Source: a virus. Taken from it: a stretch of DNA of 64,000 nucleotides. The position numbers were made by a program, and so were the translations under genes. The stretch spans positions 32,001 through 96,000 of the IMG/VR virus record IMGVR_UViG_3300032163_000002; one strand, given 5' to 3'. Positions 30,403-40,908 of this stretch are shown here, in pieces. Each line of letters starts with the position of its first letter. The first letter of the stretch is position 1. Under the pieces are notes generated by a model. It did not search any database. It worked only from the letters and a program-made list of their open reading frames with translations, and was not told the DNA's origin.

Positions 30403-32528
30403 TTAGAAGGTTACTACCCCGTTTCCTTCTGCACGAACCGGGCCATATAGCCTGTGGGAAATTCTAGCGGGACGCTTCAAAGGGGGGACGAAGCGCTGCA
30501 TTTGATGGTGAGGCGTTATGGCAGGACGAAGAACAGACGCTCGCAGGGCGAGCATGAGAAGTCCGCTCGCGCAGATCGAAGAAAACACGAAAATCGAAAT
30601 ACGCCGCATTCTATTTCCACCACCAGTTTTTTGTACCACTGAGAAGAATCGAGTTACCGTGATCAGAGATAGTGAAAACATTAGGCCAAAACTTGTCTTT
30701 ATCCATTTTTACTTTCAGTCCAAGCCGATCTCCAGTAAAGTACAACTTCCCGTACTGATACCAATGCTCGTCATCTCTACTAGCAATATCTCCACCTTCC
30801 TGATAAAATTCGTCTTCCTCTTCCTCACGGATGGATTCCTTTTTCGGTCCACCTCCACGCGCATAATTTATAGGTTCCGCATGAAGTTTATACCCCGGTT
30901 CAAGCTGCCTCTTGTCATCCTCAATGCACTTGTCACAATAATCCGATCCTTGATTCCACGGAACTTTACAGCACTTGCAACCTATGCACTGACGACTATT
31001 ATTATTTTTTTCCCTGATTTGCTTAAAGAGTTCGCTGAAAATTGTCATGACCATCTCCTGTCAAGATAGTCCATTTCAAAAGTCAATTCCAGTGATCATG
31101 AGCCCACTCGGTCCACAAAACATGAAGTACTTCTTTGATTTGTTCTCGGTTAGGCATATGCATCTCCACGTCATTACGAGACGCCAAAGGCGCGGCACAT
31201 TGCCCACAAAAGATTTCGGCATTCTTCTCCGCAACGATACACCTTCCTGTCGGAGCTATGAGAACCGGCTCCTTGCACTGGCTGCATATATCCATTGAAG
31301 TACCAGAAACGGACCCGAGAGCGTTTGATTTCCGTACGCAGACAAGTATATTTTTGTCGTTCATACATCCTCTTTTAGATTTTCCGGTAGCGAAATTTGA
31401 AGTACAGCTTTCACAAACTCTTCCGGAGGAGCATACCCGTGAGCCTTGACATAATGGTAAATCATGTCCGGCGCCATGTAGACCACGCCCTCACCCACGA
31501 CGTAAATTTCCGATGCGCCCCCTTCGTCCTCATACCCCCACTGAACCGGATTCCGTATGCACTGCTTCAGTGCGATGAACGGACAAGGATGCCAGCCCAA
31601 CGTGTGATTGCAAGAAACGAGCCTCCAACCGTCACCCGTAGCACAAAGAAAATGGAGAGCGTTCAGAAATTCTTTGGACGGCGTAGCTGTAGGAATCGAG
31701 TGTTCTGCTGGATTCAGCCAGCCAATGTTCAGTGCCGGAAATTTCTTCAATTCCTCCCTGCGAAAACTCATAGGTGTCTTACCCTTGAGCCACTCCCACG
31801 ACACGGCCTTCTGCCAGTAAATCTCGTAGGGAGGATAGGGTTTGTCAGTATAAGGGGTAAGATCCGCAAAATAAGCCATCAGGCTTTCTCCTTCGCCGCA
31901 AAAAAACGCCAAAGCTTCCACCATACCCGAATAAATATGTTCACTTTTCTTCTCCATACACAATGCCCGACGCACACATAAGGATTACGGTAAATAAGTA
32001 AACCTTCCTTGGTTGTGCCAATAAAAGTTGTGCTATTTTCAGAATCAGGTTCATTAGAAGGTTGAAAACCCTCCTGTGTTCGAAATGACATAGCTGCGTC
32101 AGGCCCAATCATGAAAAACCGTTTCATGGCACCCCACCTCTTTCTACTGAAATTTTTACCCGAAGCTTTTTGAGCGCCTCTTCATCTATTTCTATTTCAG
32201 GAAATGGTGTGGAATTTTTCGGAACAAATTTACCATTTACTATATCCGCTGGTGCAGCAATAGATTCGCGGAGCTTTTTCGTTTCCTCTGACACGACATA
32301 CATTTCTTCTTCTTTAGATATGACTTCAAGAAGCGCTTTTATCGCTTCTTCGCTTTCTCTTATGCGCGCTTCTTCTTCAAGACTTCCTATCCTGCTCCCG
32401 GCACGCTCCTCCATAATAGGTGACGTATCTGCCATATTTTTGACTATGAGAACTTCTTTACGACGGTCCAGCACCCCATAATGCCGACGAGAGCCTGAGC
32501 TGTAGTCCCGCCGCCAAGGGCCACCCAT
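30403..32528 (-). other. Hypothetical genes (30403..~30611, 30611..31054, 31083..31364, 31361..31879, 31879..32127, 32124..32528)
   Basis: 31361..31879 has a conserved-looking YFADLTPY...NIGWL...EI.V.G...Y.AP.MI.HYV..H.Y.PP pattern. Confidence 0.65.
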
Positions 32529-32534
32529 ACTCTT

Positions 32535-32563
32535 AACTTACACCTGTAAACTAAAAATGTCAA
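32535..32563 (-). promoter_or_regulatory. Class B promoter TTGACA-17-TAAGTT with TTTAC-aggt-GTAAG
   Basis: Consensus match; 6 nt separate the -10 box from ATG 32528. Confidence 0.87.
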
Positions 32564-33009
32564 GCCCTTTTTTTCGTTCGATTCACTATGGCACACCCCG
32601 ACATTAAACGTTCATGAACGTGCCGAACAAATTTCGTGCTGAACTTGTAATGCCCGGACACCTGCTTGTAAATTGTCTCTAAATCCGTGTCTGTCTTCTC
32701 TCGGGCTGCTTCGACAGCTAGATAAAGTTGAAGCTCAGTCCAGATTCGATTCCAGACCCGCATGCGGGGAATAACAAATGTCTTGCCACTATACAACGAA
32801 AGAAATTGTCGAAAAGTTTCAAGAGTAAACCCAAAACCAGCAAAATCCACAAGCTGTGGGCAAGCAGGAGACGCCAGCGCGATGAAAAGTCGAAGTGCAT
32901 CCTTCTCACTAATCTTGCTTGTGAAATATCTTGCAGAAATTTTCGGAAGTGGAGCGAAATCTGTGGCAAGAATTTCAATAGATTCCCTGATCTCCCTCTT
33001 CAATGTCAC
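32560..33009 (-). CDS. Mor/C-family-like transcription activator
   Basis: FLSLYSGKTFVIPR (Mor-type G..xYIP) followed by a C-terminal HTH-like segment. Confidence 0.55.
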   Translation of the reverse strand: MTLKREIRESIEILATDFAPLPKISARYFTSKISEKDALRLFIALASPACPQLVDFAGFGFTLETFRQFLSLYSGKTFVIPRMRVWNRIWTELQLYLAVEAAREKTDTDLETIYKQVSGHYKFSTKFVRHVHERLMSGCAIVNRTKKRA

Positions 33010-33782
33010 GGCATTTCTCGATTTTTCAGAAGTTCAGGAACCTGAAGAATCGCATTACGAGCAAGATGCTCTCCGTATTGAATGATGAAAAATGGATCAG
33101 GAGGTTTCCATTGTGATCGAATAAGAGTAGGGGAAGGAAACCGACCTCGTAAACGTTGAAAAGCAGAAAAACGAACAGCCTCTCCCCACGGAGTCAACGC
33201 GTAAATATTCAAAGAATCCACCGCTTTTACGACCGCTGTCGGAAATGATTCCTCAAGAAACATCTCCTGCATCATCGGATCGGAGTTGTTAACTTCGTGA
33301 GGCTCTACCGCATCATCATCAGAGACATCTTCTTCACTAAGCGAAAGCGCCACACGCATCAAATGCTCTTCTTCCGGAAAGTCACCCTCATCATCTTCAC
33401 TTTGTGCGGTCCCATAAGACAAAAGAGAACCTTTTTTCAACCGAGCAAGCTCGCGGAACATAGAATATTTTGCCACAGAGTAAAGCACACGAAAAAGTAT
33501 ATCAGGACTAAGCGTATCCGTGAGGATAGCCAATTTTTTTGCGCTTCGATGAAACTCAAGAAGTGCCGCTTGCTCCAAATCCTCACGATCAGGAGAATTC
33601 CGCATACTTGCAAACTGGACAACGAAGACAGCTTTCGTCAAGTCGATAGCCGCGTGTATCCATACCTCGCTACGTTTGACTGAACGTGGAGCTTTTCGTA
33701 AATCCTGAAGAGCGTAAAATAACGTCAAGTTCCGAGTGCTAGCTACTGAAACCGCTCTGGACCTATTCACGCTCACGGGCAA
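33006..33782 (-). CDS. Divergent sigma-factor-like protein (region 2-like)
   Basis: DREDLEQAALLEF...K helix resembles the sigma70 region 2.2 DLxQ motif. Confidence 0.4.
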   Translation of the reverse strand: MPVSVNRSRAVSVASTRNLTLFYALQDLRKAPRSVKRSEVWIHAAIDLTKAVFVVQFASMRNSPDREDLEQAALLEFHRSAKKLAILTDTLSPDILFRVLYSVAKYSMFRELARLKKGSLLSYGTAQSEDDEGDFPEEEHLMRVALSLSEEDVSDDDAVEPHEVNNSDPMMQEMFLEESFPTAVVKAVDSLNIYALTPWGEAVRFSAFQRLRGRFPSPTLIRSQWKPPDPFFIIQYGEHLARNAILQVPELLKNREMP

Positions 33783-33793
33783 CCTCCACTATG

Positions 33794-33836
33794 AAAAAAG
33801 AGGGGCGTGGAGCAATATACTCCTCACCCCCCCCTT
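33794..33836 (-). terminator. Intrinsic terminator after the AT-hook gene
   Basis: GC-rich hairpin followed by T6 on the minus strand. Confidence 0.65.
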
Positions 33837-33854
33837 CCCGCAAGGGAAAGCACC

Positions 33855-34523
33855 TTAGAGAATCGCAGCCGCGCCAAGCACCGGAGGAAGGCCCTCACCA
33901 CCAAGCTTGAGGGACAGCACTTCGGCGTCAGTAACCGGAATGTCCCCCGGAATCTCCGGGACAACCGGAAGCCCCGTAGCCACCTTGATCGCACGAGCGG
34001 CTTCAGTTTCCGACGTGATCTTCCGAGGGCGCCCCCGACCGCGCTTGATCGGAATACCGTCCGACCCGAGTGTGACAGGCTTCGGGGGACGGCCACGACC
34101 GCGCTTGATCGGAATACCGTCCGGCCCGAGTGTGACAGGCTTCGGGGGACGGCCACGACCGCGCTTGACTGGGGCGCCAGCCACGACAGGCTTCGGGGGA
34201 CGGCCACGACCGCGCTTGACGGGGGCGCCAGCCACGACAGGCTTCGGGGGACGGCCACGACCGCGCTTGACGGGGGCGCCAGCCACGACCGGTAATGCAG
34301 ACACAGCCGCCGCAGGAGAAGAACCTGCAACAGCGGGAGTCTGCTGCCCCTGAGCGTACTTGTGGAGCGAAATGAACTCAGTTTGCGCCGCCGTCAGTGG
34401 ATGAACTCCACCAGAGATCCGACGCGCGATGTTCGAAAACATGAGGTAGGCGTAAGGGTTTGCCTCCATCGCCTGCGCGATGACATTAGAGGCGGCTTCG
34501 ATAGGGGTCAGGATCTTTTTCAT
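33855..34523 (-). CDS. HMGA-like protein with five AT-hook motifs
   Basis: KRGRGRP(P/R)K x5; ATG 34523 preceded by GGAG RBS. Confidence 0.88.
   Translation of the reverse strand: MKKILTPIEAASNVIAQAMEANPYAYLMFSNIARRISGGVHPLTAAQTEFISLHKYAQGQQTPAVAGSSPAAAVSALPVVAGAPVKRGRGRPPKPVVAGAPVKRGRGRPPKPVVAGAPVKRGRGRPPKPVTLGPDGIPIKRGRGRPPKPVTLGSDGIPIKRGRGRPRKITSETEAARAIKVATGLPVVPEIPGDIPVTDAEVLSLKLGGEGLPPVLGAAAIL
34020..34290. repeat. Coding repeats (60-bp and 51-bp units) encoding the AT-hooks
   Basis: ggccacgaccgcgcttga repeated. Confidence 0.9.
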
Positions 34524-34525
34524 GA

Positions 34526-34969
34526 TTACTTCTCTCCTTTTCTTTCCAGATTCATGATGTTCGTTACGGTTCCAAATTGAATCCACTTCGGGGCGTTTTC
34601 TCCTTCGGACCAAGAGACTACCATATATTTTCCGGGTTTCAAAATTCCAAGGTAAGATTTCGGGACAGACGCTACCGCTGAAGGCCGAGACTTGCTGTAG
34701 GAAATCCTGTATGAGGTATCGGCAGTGCCGTCCGAGGAAACCAGACGGATGAAGCCGGTATTCTTGTCGTAGAGCCAGATGATGTGACTCGGACGGCCCA
34801 ACGCGGCCAGTGCGTCACGAGTCAAGGTAATCTGCACTCCGTTTCTCGTTATCCTCACGTAAGGCTGCTCAAGCACGGCGTTGAGCGGAACCGGCAACTT
34901 CACAGGACGCCGCCTGCGCGCCCCACGTTTCGGCCCTATCATCACGTTAGAGACTTCCATTTCATTCAT
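34526..34969 (-). CDS. Possible AbrB/SpoVT-like swapped-hairpin DNA-binding protein
   Basis: VRIT..G.QITL.R....ALG....I.W..D....IRL pattern. Confidence 0.45.
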   Translation of the reverse strand: MNEMEVSNVMIGPKRGARRRRPVKLPVPLNAVLEQPYVRITRNGVQITLTRDALAALGRPSHIIWLYDKNTGFIRLVSSDGTADTSYRISYSKSRPSAVASVPKSYLGILKPGKYMVVSWSEGENAPKWIQFGTVTNIMNLERKGEK

Positions 34970-34984
34970 CTAAAAGCACTTCCT

Positions 34985-35230
34985 TTAGTCTTTGACCCTG
35001 CTCTGCCATTCTTCCTTTACCGCAGGCAGTAACCGCAGGATGTTCTCACCTTCACTGAGAATGATCTCTTCAAGTCGGGTTCTGGCTTCAACCCGAAGAC
35101 GCTCGAAACAAGCATCCTTTTCCTCCTGCGAGTTATCCGGGGCATCCTCCTCGAACCCCACGTCTGCACGAAAAAATTCGTAGTTACCGAGATTCACCGT
35201 TACCCCTAAACCGACCTTACATCGGGCCAT
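34985..35230 (-). CDS. Small conserved phage protein (T.NLGNYE..R.D motif)
   Basis: GGAGG RBS after the promoter at 35250. Confidence 0.7.
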   Translation of the reverse strand: MARCKVGLGVTVNLGNYEFFRADVGFEEDAPDNSQEEKDACFERLRVEARTRLEEIILSEGENILRLLPAVKEEWQSRVKD

Positions 35231-35243
35231 GCGCCCCTCCACG

Positions 35244-35278
35244 CTTACGAATGTAAGACTTCAAAAAGGAAAAGTCAA
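35244..35278 (-). promoter_or_regulatory. Variant promoter TTGACT-17-TACATT with the CTTAC-N4-GTAAG palindrome shifted toward +1
   Basis: Perfect palindrome at 35244-35257. Confidence 0.8.
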
Positions 35279-35466
35279 GTTAATCTTGCAGCAGTGTTTT
35301 CTTTGAATCGGCGCGCTCTGACGGAGACACCAAAACGGGAGGTTCAACGACAAGATGTGTAGCTGTCAGAGAAATAACCCTATAACCCTTTTTCGTATAG
35401 CTACTTACGAACAGCGTAGCTTCACGAGGATCATCCGGAAGGGTATACACTTCCTGTATCGGTTTC

Positions 35467-36153
35467 TCAGGCATTTTCTTTCTCCTCGCTGGTAATGACC
35501 GGCAGCAAACCGGCATCGGTTGAAGGTGTGTCTACGGGTTCAAGAGCAGGAATCACTTCGGCCTTCCCCAACTCCACGCTATAAGCGATGAGTTCTTCAG
35601 GAGTGAAAAGCTGCTCCACGTCAAGATGAGTACCTGTTGCAATCGTATATCGAGTCACGATATCCACGTTGTCAGGATTCTTCTTCAACCAGTAGACGAG
35701 ACCAGTGACATAACCCCCATAGATATAATGATCCGAATGCTCTTCGTTCCATTGGAGAACGAGCGTCACCCGGTCCCGCAGCGGAACCTCCTTCATCATG
35801 AAGTTCACGGTGTCAAGCACCTGCTTAAACTGAAGCTGCGTATTCGCCGTTTTCTTGTACTTTTCCATATCGAGAAAACCACCAGTAACAAGCTCACGAA
35901 CCAAAGCCTCAAACTTACTATCAAGCTCCCCATTGAAATGCGAAAGAAGCCCAATCCCATTTCCAAGACGTTTGAAATCAGCTACGACATCTCTGCGTTT
36001 TACGTCACCCGCTAACCATTTCTGATATTCCTCCGGTGTACGAAATACCGGAGCACCCTGTTCCAATAACGAAGGCTCATCATATTCCGGAATGGAAGAA
36101 GCCCGTTTCTGACTCCCACTACGATTCTTCGGCATAGTCGTCTTGTTACTCAT
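35467..36153 (-). CDS. Hypothetical protein
   Basis: 228-aa ORF coupled to its neighbours. Confidence 0.7.
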   Translation of the reverse strand: MSNKTTMPKNRSGSQKRASSIPEYDEPSLLEQGAPVFRTPEEYQKWLAGDVKRRDVVADFKRLGNGIGLLSHFNGELDSKFEALVRELVTGGFLDMEKYKKTANTQLQFKQVLDTVNFMMKEVPLRDRVTLVLQWNEEHSDHYIYGGYVTGLVYWLKKNPDNVDIVTRYTIATGTHLDVEQLFTPEELIAYSVELGKAEVIPALEPVDTPSTDAGLLPVITSEEKENA

Positions 36154-36794
36154 TCAGTTTCTCCCCTTTCTTCCTCTGGAATCTCTTCCGTTTTTTCAGC
36201 TTCAACTTCAGCAATCGCTTCCTCAGCACGGCCAGCAACAGGTAACTTTAATTTTTCCGGAGCAACCTTCGGGAAATAATCACCAAGAAAATCGAGTGTC
36301 GTTTTCAAATGGCTCTCTCGACGTTGTGTAAGCATTAAAAGAAACTGCATCACTGCTTCGTCACGCAACTTCCAATCGCCACGCCCCTTGAGAATGAACG
36401 AATCCTGAATTGGAGCACCTGTTTCATCAAGAGCTTGTTTATAAAACTGAGTCTCAAGAATATCCTGTGCATTGTTCAGCAACCGTCCTGTATTTCGAAG
36501 CTCTAATGCAGCTTCTGTGGCAATCCTCTTCAATTCCTTTCGCGCCAGATGCCTTTCCAATCGTTGTCGCTCAGTCCGCCAGTGTCCAGTCTTCGCCCAT
36601 ACGACAATAGTATTCAAAGGAATTTTAGTTTCCAGTGCAACTTTCCGAAGCGAAAACCCGTTTCTCAAATACAAATTCCTCGCTTTGAGACGAGTCTCGA
36701 ACGGATGAACTTTACGTATCTCCCCCGGCTTCAACTTCGATTCTTCTTCAGACACGGTCAACATTACCCACTTTTCGTCTTTCCACCGCTCCAA
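36150..36794 (-). CDS. HTH protein, terminase small subunit-like
   Basis: A..LY...G.S...VA....IP..TI..W.....W...R pattern. Confidence 0.55.
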   Translation of the reverse strand: MERWKDEKWVMLTVSEEESKLKPGEIRKVHPFETRLKARNLYLRNGFSLRKVALETKIPLNTIVVWAKTGHWRTERQRLERHLARKELKRIATEAALELRNTGRLLNNAQDILETQFYKQALDETGAPIQDSFILKGRGDWKLRDEAVMQFLLMLTQRRESHLKTTLDFLGDYFPKVAPEKLKLPVAGRAEEAIAEVEAEKTEEIPEEERGETE

Positions 36795-37345
36795 CGAAGA
36801 GTATCATTGAGAGGCAGAATCTTGTCGGCAATACGCCGATACTCGGAATTGAGATCCCCTGCTCGAATGAACGCCACAACCCATAATACCTTCCCGGCTT
36901 CCTTGACCATATTCGCGGTCGGAAGAAGCGCCCCAGCTCCTGAGACAAGAACTACCTTATCATAATAGGCGAGCACTTCCCTCACATCCTGATAAACCGC
37001 ATGAGCCATCGAGGTACGAACGTAGTTGACATGACGAACTTCAGCAGTTTCATTTACCTTCATGGAACAAAAGCTTCGACGAACTTTATATCCGAGTCTC
37101 TTTAGCAGCTCTACGAAGGAATCATCTATGAAACCTGTCTGTTGTTCTGGCGGTATCAAAGATTTTTCCTGTATTTCCGTGGAAGCCACAGGCGTCACGA
37201 TGTAGGCTGTCAATAACGTTTCCTCTCCGGGGTGTGTAACGATCCGTTTTAGCTTAACATAATCCACACGAGCACGCGGATCTCCCGTGGTTCGTATCAA
37301 CCCGTGAAAAATATTTTGAATATCACATACAACGAAGGTTTTCAA
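36764..37345 (-). CDS. NYN (LabA/DUF88, PIN-like) domain protein, degenerate catalytic residues
   Basis: VVCDIQNI; VDY.KL; VVLVSGAGALLP (family SGDGDF.P); G..V.V...S..L...AD. Confidence 0.8.
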   Translation of the reverse strand: MKTFVVCDIQNIFHGLIRTTGDPRARVDYVKLKRIVTHPGEETLLTAYIVTPVASTEIQEKSLIPPEQQTGFIDDSFVELLKRLGYKVRRSFCSMKVNETAEVRHVNYVRTSMAHAVYQDVREVLAYYDKVVLVSGAGALLPTANMVKEAGKVLWVVAFIRAGDLNSEYRRIADKILPLNDTLRWSGGKTKSG

Positions 37346-37941
37346 GGAGTCTCCTCCGCATTTTCATGAGCAAAAGTAAGTGCTACCCGATTAAGAAAAG
37401 CTACTGCGAATACTTCAAGTTTCGCAATTCGATACATTCCTACGCGAAGACATAAACATTTTACGTCCCCAAAAGCATCAGTGCTGTTCCAAAGTATAAG
37501 CGGCTCTCGATAATTTTTCATAAGCACCACAACCGGGAGAAGAAGCTTTGGCGCAGTCTTTCTGTCTTGCTCCCCACGCAATTTTTCAGTAGCTTCCTTA
37601 AGCCATTCAAACCCGACCCACTTCATTTCGAGTTCAAGCAGATTATCAAATGTCCATATTTCCCGGTTTTTGACTTCTATGTAAACCGGAAAACGGGCGC
37701 GTACTTCATCAGACATGCGCAAATCAGACCGTTCAATAAAAGCACCAGAATTCGGAGTTCGACACAAAGCCTTGTATTCAACTCCGAGAATTTTCCCAAG
37801 TATCTTGGCAATTTTCAGTTCACCTGATTTCCCCTTCGTCCGAGCCCTACGGCCATGTCCTGCCTTCGTCCGAACCATGACTTTCCCGAAACCTTCACAT
37901 TTAGGACAGGTCTTTTCGGTAAAACTTTCAGCTTCGCTCAT
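37342..37941 (-). CDS. Holliday junction resolvase (PD-(D/E)xK)
   Basis: R.KG..GE..IA..L; R.P.SGA; SD; YIEVKN.E. Confidence 0.82.
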   Translation of the reverse strand: MSEAESFTEKTCPKCEGFGKVMVRTKAGHGRRARTKGKSGELKIAKILGKILGVEYKALCRTPNSGAFIERSDLRMSDEVRARFPVYIEVKNREIWTFDNLLELEMKWVGFEWLKEATEKLRGEQDRKTAPKLLLPVVVLMKNYREPLILWNSTDAFGDVKCLCLRVGMYRIAKLEVFAVAFLNRVALTFAHENAEETP

Positions 37942-38146
37942 TCAGCTACCTTAATCCACTCTGCCCCATCCCATTTTACAGTCACCGAAGTCAAAAAAAG
38001 ATCAACCTGAAACTCCGGATCTTTGGAGGGGTTAACCTCCGAGTAAAAAAACATGCACAACTTGCTCTTATCTGCGCGTTCAGCCTGCTTTTCAAAAGAC
38101 AAAGGCACCCATCTACCCTTACACTCGGCAACGAATTCTAGAATAG

Positions 38147-38686
38147 TCATGCTGCAATCTCAAGGGCCTTCAAAAATGCTTTCCGAATTGCCCACGCATA
38201 ACTACTAAGCGTAACATGCACGCCACCACAGCACTGTCCACAATGAAGACCAACCTCGTTCATTGATATTTCTTTCACAAGAAGTCTAAACTTTTTCACG
38301 TCAATACGCGCTAATTCTTCATCAGAAAGATTCAACTCTTTCAAAACTTCATTAAGTGCGCGTCTAGGCCAATATGTATCGTAAATCGGAACTGCGGTTT
38401 TACGAAGCCAACACCACATTTCAGTAGCGTCATTAACATTCGGAGCTTCATCGTGACAGCGCGTGCATAACGCAACAATATTATTCACATCATCTGTTCC
38501 ACCAAGTGAAACCGGAACGATATGACACCTCTGAAGTTGAGCTTCATAGCCGCATCTCCAGCAGCGTTCATGTGCCTCAGCCCAATCAACACCAAGCCCT
38601 ACTTCTGTTTGACGGATCTCCCAATAGCGTACGGTTTCCGCCAACCAATCTTTTTTCTTATTCCGTCTTCGAGATAATACTCCCAT
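38147..38686 (-). CDS. HNH endonuclease
   Basis: CWRCG...CHIVP.SLGG.D...N...LC.RCH. Confidence 0.9.
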   Translation of the reverse strand: MGVLSRRRNKKKDWLAETVRYWEIRQTEVGLGVDWAEAHERCWRCGYEAQLQRCHIVPVSLGGTDDVNNIVALCTRCHDEAPNVNDATEMWCWLRKTAVPIYDTYWPRRALNEVLKELNLSDEELARIDVKKFRLLVKEISMNEVGLHCGQCCGGVHVTLSSYAWAIRKAFLKALEIAA

Positions 38687-38687
38687 A

Positions 38688-40608
38688 TTAAACTCTAGCT
38701 ACTTCGATGACTTGATCTACAAGAGCACGCGCAGTATTCATGTGAGAAATCAAATACGTCGGTCTGTTCTGTTCCCGCGCTCGTGTCTGAAGATATGTCA
38801 CAGCCCTCATTGTACCCTCTTCATCAAGGGCATCCAGAATTTCATCATAAACACACAAAGAAATTCCACGCTGAGCGCGCATTCCAATAAGATCCTGAAG
38901 AGCAAGAAGAATTGCAAGATCAATTCGTCGCTTCTCCCCACCGGAATTTCCTTCGTAAATTTCCGCCCCACGAGTGTTAATAATATTCACACTCATGCGC
39001 TCCGCTGCCGTCCCTTTTTTCAACATCGTCGTCGCCTGAATTTCAGCACTAAACCCGCCACCTGTCAAGGCATATAAATGATCGTTCACCCGCCGGTTTA
39101 ACTCAGGGAGCAACCCTTCGATGATAAAAGCCTTGATCCCCTTTGATCCAAAAGCGTCACGCCAAAAATCATATATCCCCAATTTTCCTGAAACCTCATC
39201 TAGAGCTTTCTGGACCTCTGCCGTTTTAACTTTCGCCTCCATGAGCTTCTGTTCAACGCTCGCAAGGCTCACCGTATAAGGGTCCACCTCCCTATCAAAT
39301 TTTTCCACCGCACCAAGAGCATTGCTAAAAGCGGTCTCTGCCGTAGCCTTCCACTGCTGCGTCGTCTGATATCGTAGCAAAACCTCCGCAAGTTTTGCTG
39401 AAACATCCGTAAGAGATTTCTGCCGTACGGTCATATCACTTCGCAATTTTTCCAGTTCCGTACTTAATAAACCGTGATCTTCTTTAACCTGCATGATGAG
39501 CCCGTCAAGGTTCTTCTTCTCGTTTCCTTTCGCTATCACTTCAGCAGCAGCTTCGGCGCGCTGCACAGCAATGTGCATCTCCGCTGAACCGTCATGTTTT
39601 ATTTCCTGCCCACAGGTCGGACAAACCTTCATGACCACGGACAGCTCCTCAATTTTCCGCTCCAACGCCCGAATATCGCCGTCAATAACTGCACGATTTG
39701 CAAGAAGCTCCGTAAAATAATCCTTCAATTCCGCCACGGATTGTTCTGTCAAAACAATTTCAGACAATATGTTCTGTGTCTCTGTCGTATCCAATATTTT
39801 CTTGTGTGTGGTCTCCTGAGTCATCAAATCTTTTACAAGAACATTCTGCTCCGTGAGCGTCTTTTTGCACTCCTCCAACGAAACCATTGCCCCGTCAGCC
39901 TGCTCAATAAGAGTTTTTCGAGTCTCCACACGCCCTTGCCGCCATGCTTCCCTAGCCACCTTACCCCCAGCAAGCGTCTGTTGGTGGATTTCCTCCGTTG
40001 TAATAGACAGATTTAAGGTATTCTGATATTCAGACAAAACTCCAGTCAATTCACCATACTTGTTTTCAGCGAGTTTCAATGCGGTGTCATACTCATCCAA
40101 TCCATAAATCCTATCAAAAATGGATTTACGTTCAGCGTCACTCATGTTTCCAGATGCGAAAAAAGCCCCAAGCCCCTGCCCGAAAATAATGGAATTCGTG
40201 AAGGTCCTATAATCCAGTCCAAGCCACTCTTCAACCTTTTTCTGTTGCTCCGCAAGATTCGCGGCTGCGAAAATAGGAAGGCCATCACGCAAAGTATAGA
40301 GTACCTGAGCCGCCACACGAGGCTTCACCCGACGTATCTGATAAGTGCTTCCGTCATCACTATCTTGAACGGTAACGGTTACGTCAGTTGATGCACATTC
40401 TTTATTGATCACATCATTGACGGTCTTTTTTGGGCGGACAGTATCTCCGAATAGACACCACGTAACAGCTTCGCTATACCGACTTGATTTCCCTGCACCG
40501 TTCTTTCCAATGACAAGAGTCAACCCCGGAGCAGTCAAATCCACCGTCTCCGTCCCAATGACGTTCATGAAATCCGCAAGAGTAACCCTTACGAAATGCA
40601 GCATTTCA
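38688..40608 (-). CDS. Rad50/SbcC (gp46-like) recombination ATPase
   Basis: Walker A GKNGAGKSS, Q-loop FGQG, zinc hook CPTCG, signature NSGGEK, Walker B YDE..D.LD, ISH. Confidence 0.95.
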
Positions 40609-40908
40609 TACCGCCTGAAGTCCATGCCTAGAAAACTTGGTAGTAGGCTCGACAGCCTTAACCTTATCCTCAAAGATCACACGGGGAGCCGGGCATCCGG
40701 GACCAACAGAATCATCCGTTGTTGAATACATAAGCTGATTTTTCATTGGAGACCAAAAAAGCTCTCCAACTCGCGGAGGTCGAACTTCTCCCGTCGGAAC
40801 ATACCCATCATCTAAAACCCACTTCGGTACAATTTCACCAACAATAACCCACTCAACAGGTTTCTCTTCACCTTCCGCTGTAGTACTTCCTATTTTGAAT
40901 AAGCTCAT
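40606..40908 (-). CDS. Hypothetical protein between the gp47- and gp46-like genes
   Basis: 100-aa coupled ORF. Confidence 0.65.
   Translation of the reverse strand: MSLFKIGSTTAEGEEKPVEWVIVGEIVPKWVLDDGYVPTGEVRPPRVGELFWSPMKNQLMYSTTDDSVGPGCPAPRVIFEDKVKAVEPTTKFSRHGLQAV

Noticed and set aside
32430-32528. Riboswitch in the GC-rich 5' part of ORF 32124..32528
   Set aside because: No recognisable aptamer consensus or terminator; an open leaderless reading frame explains it
34020-34290. Repeat block as a CRISPR array or iterons
   Set aside because: Unit lengths are multiples of 3 and encode AT-hooks; no unique spacers
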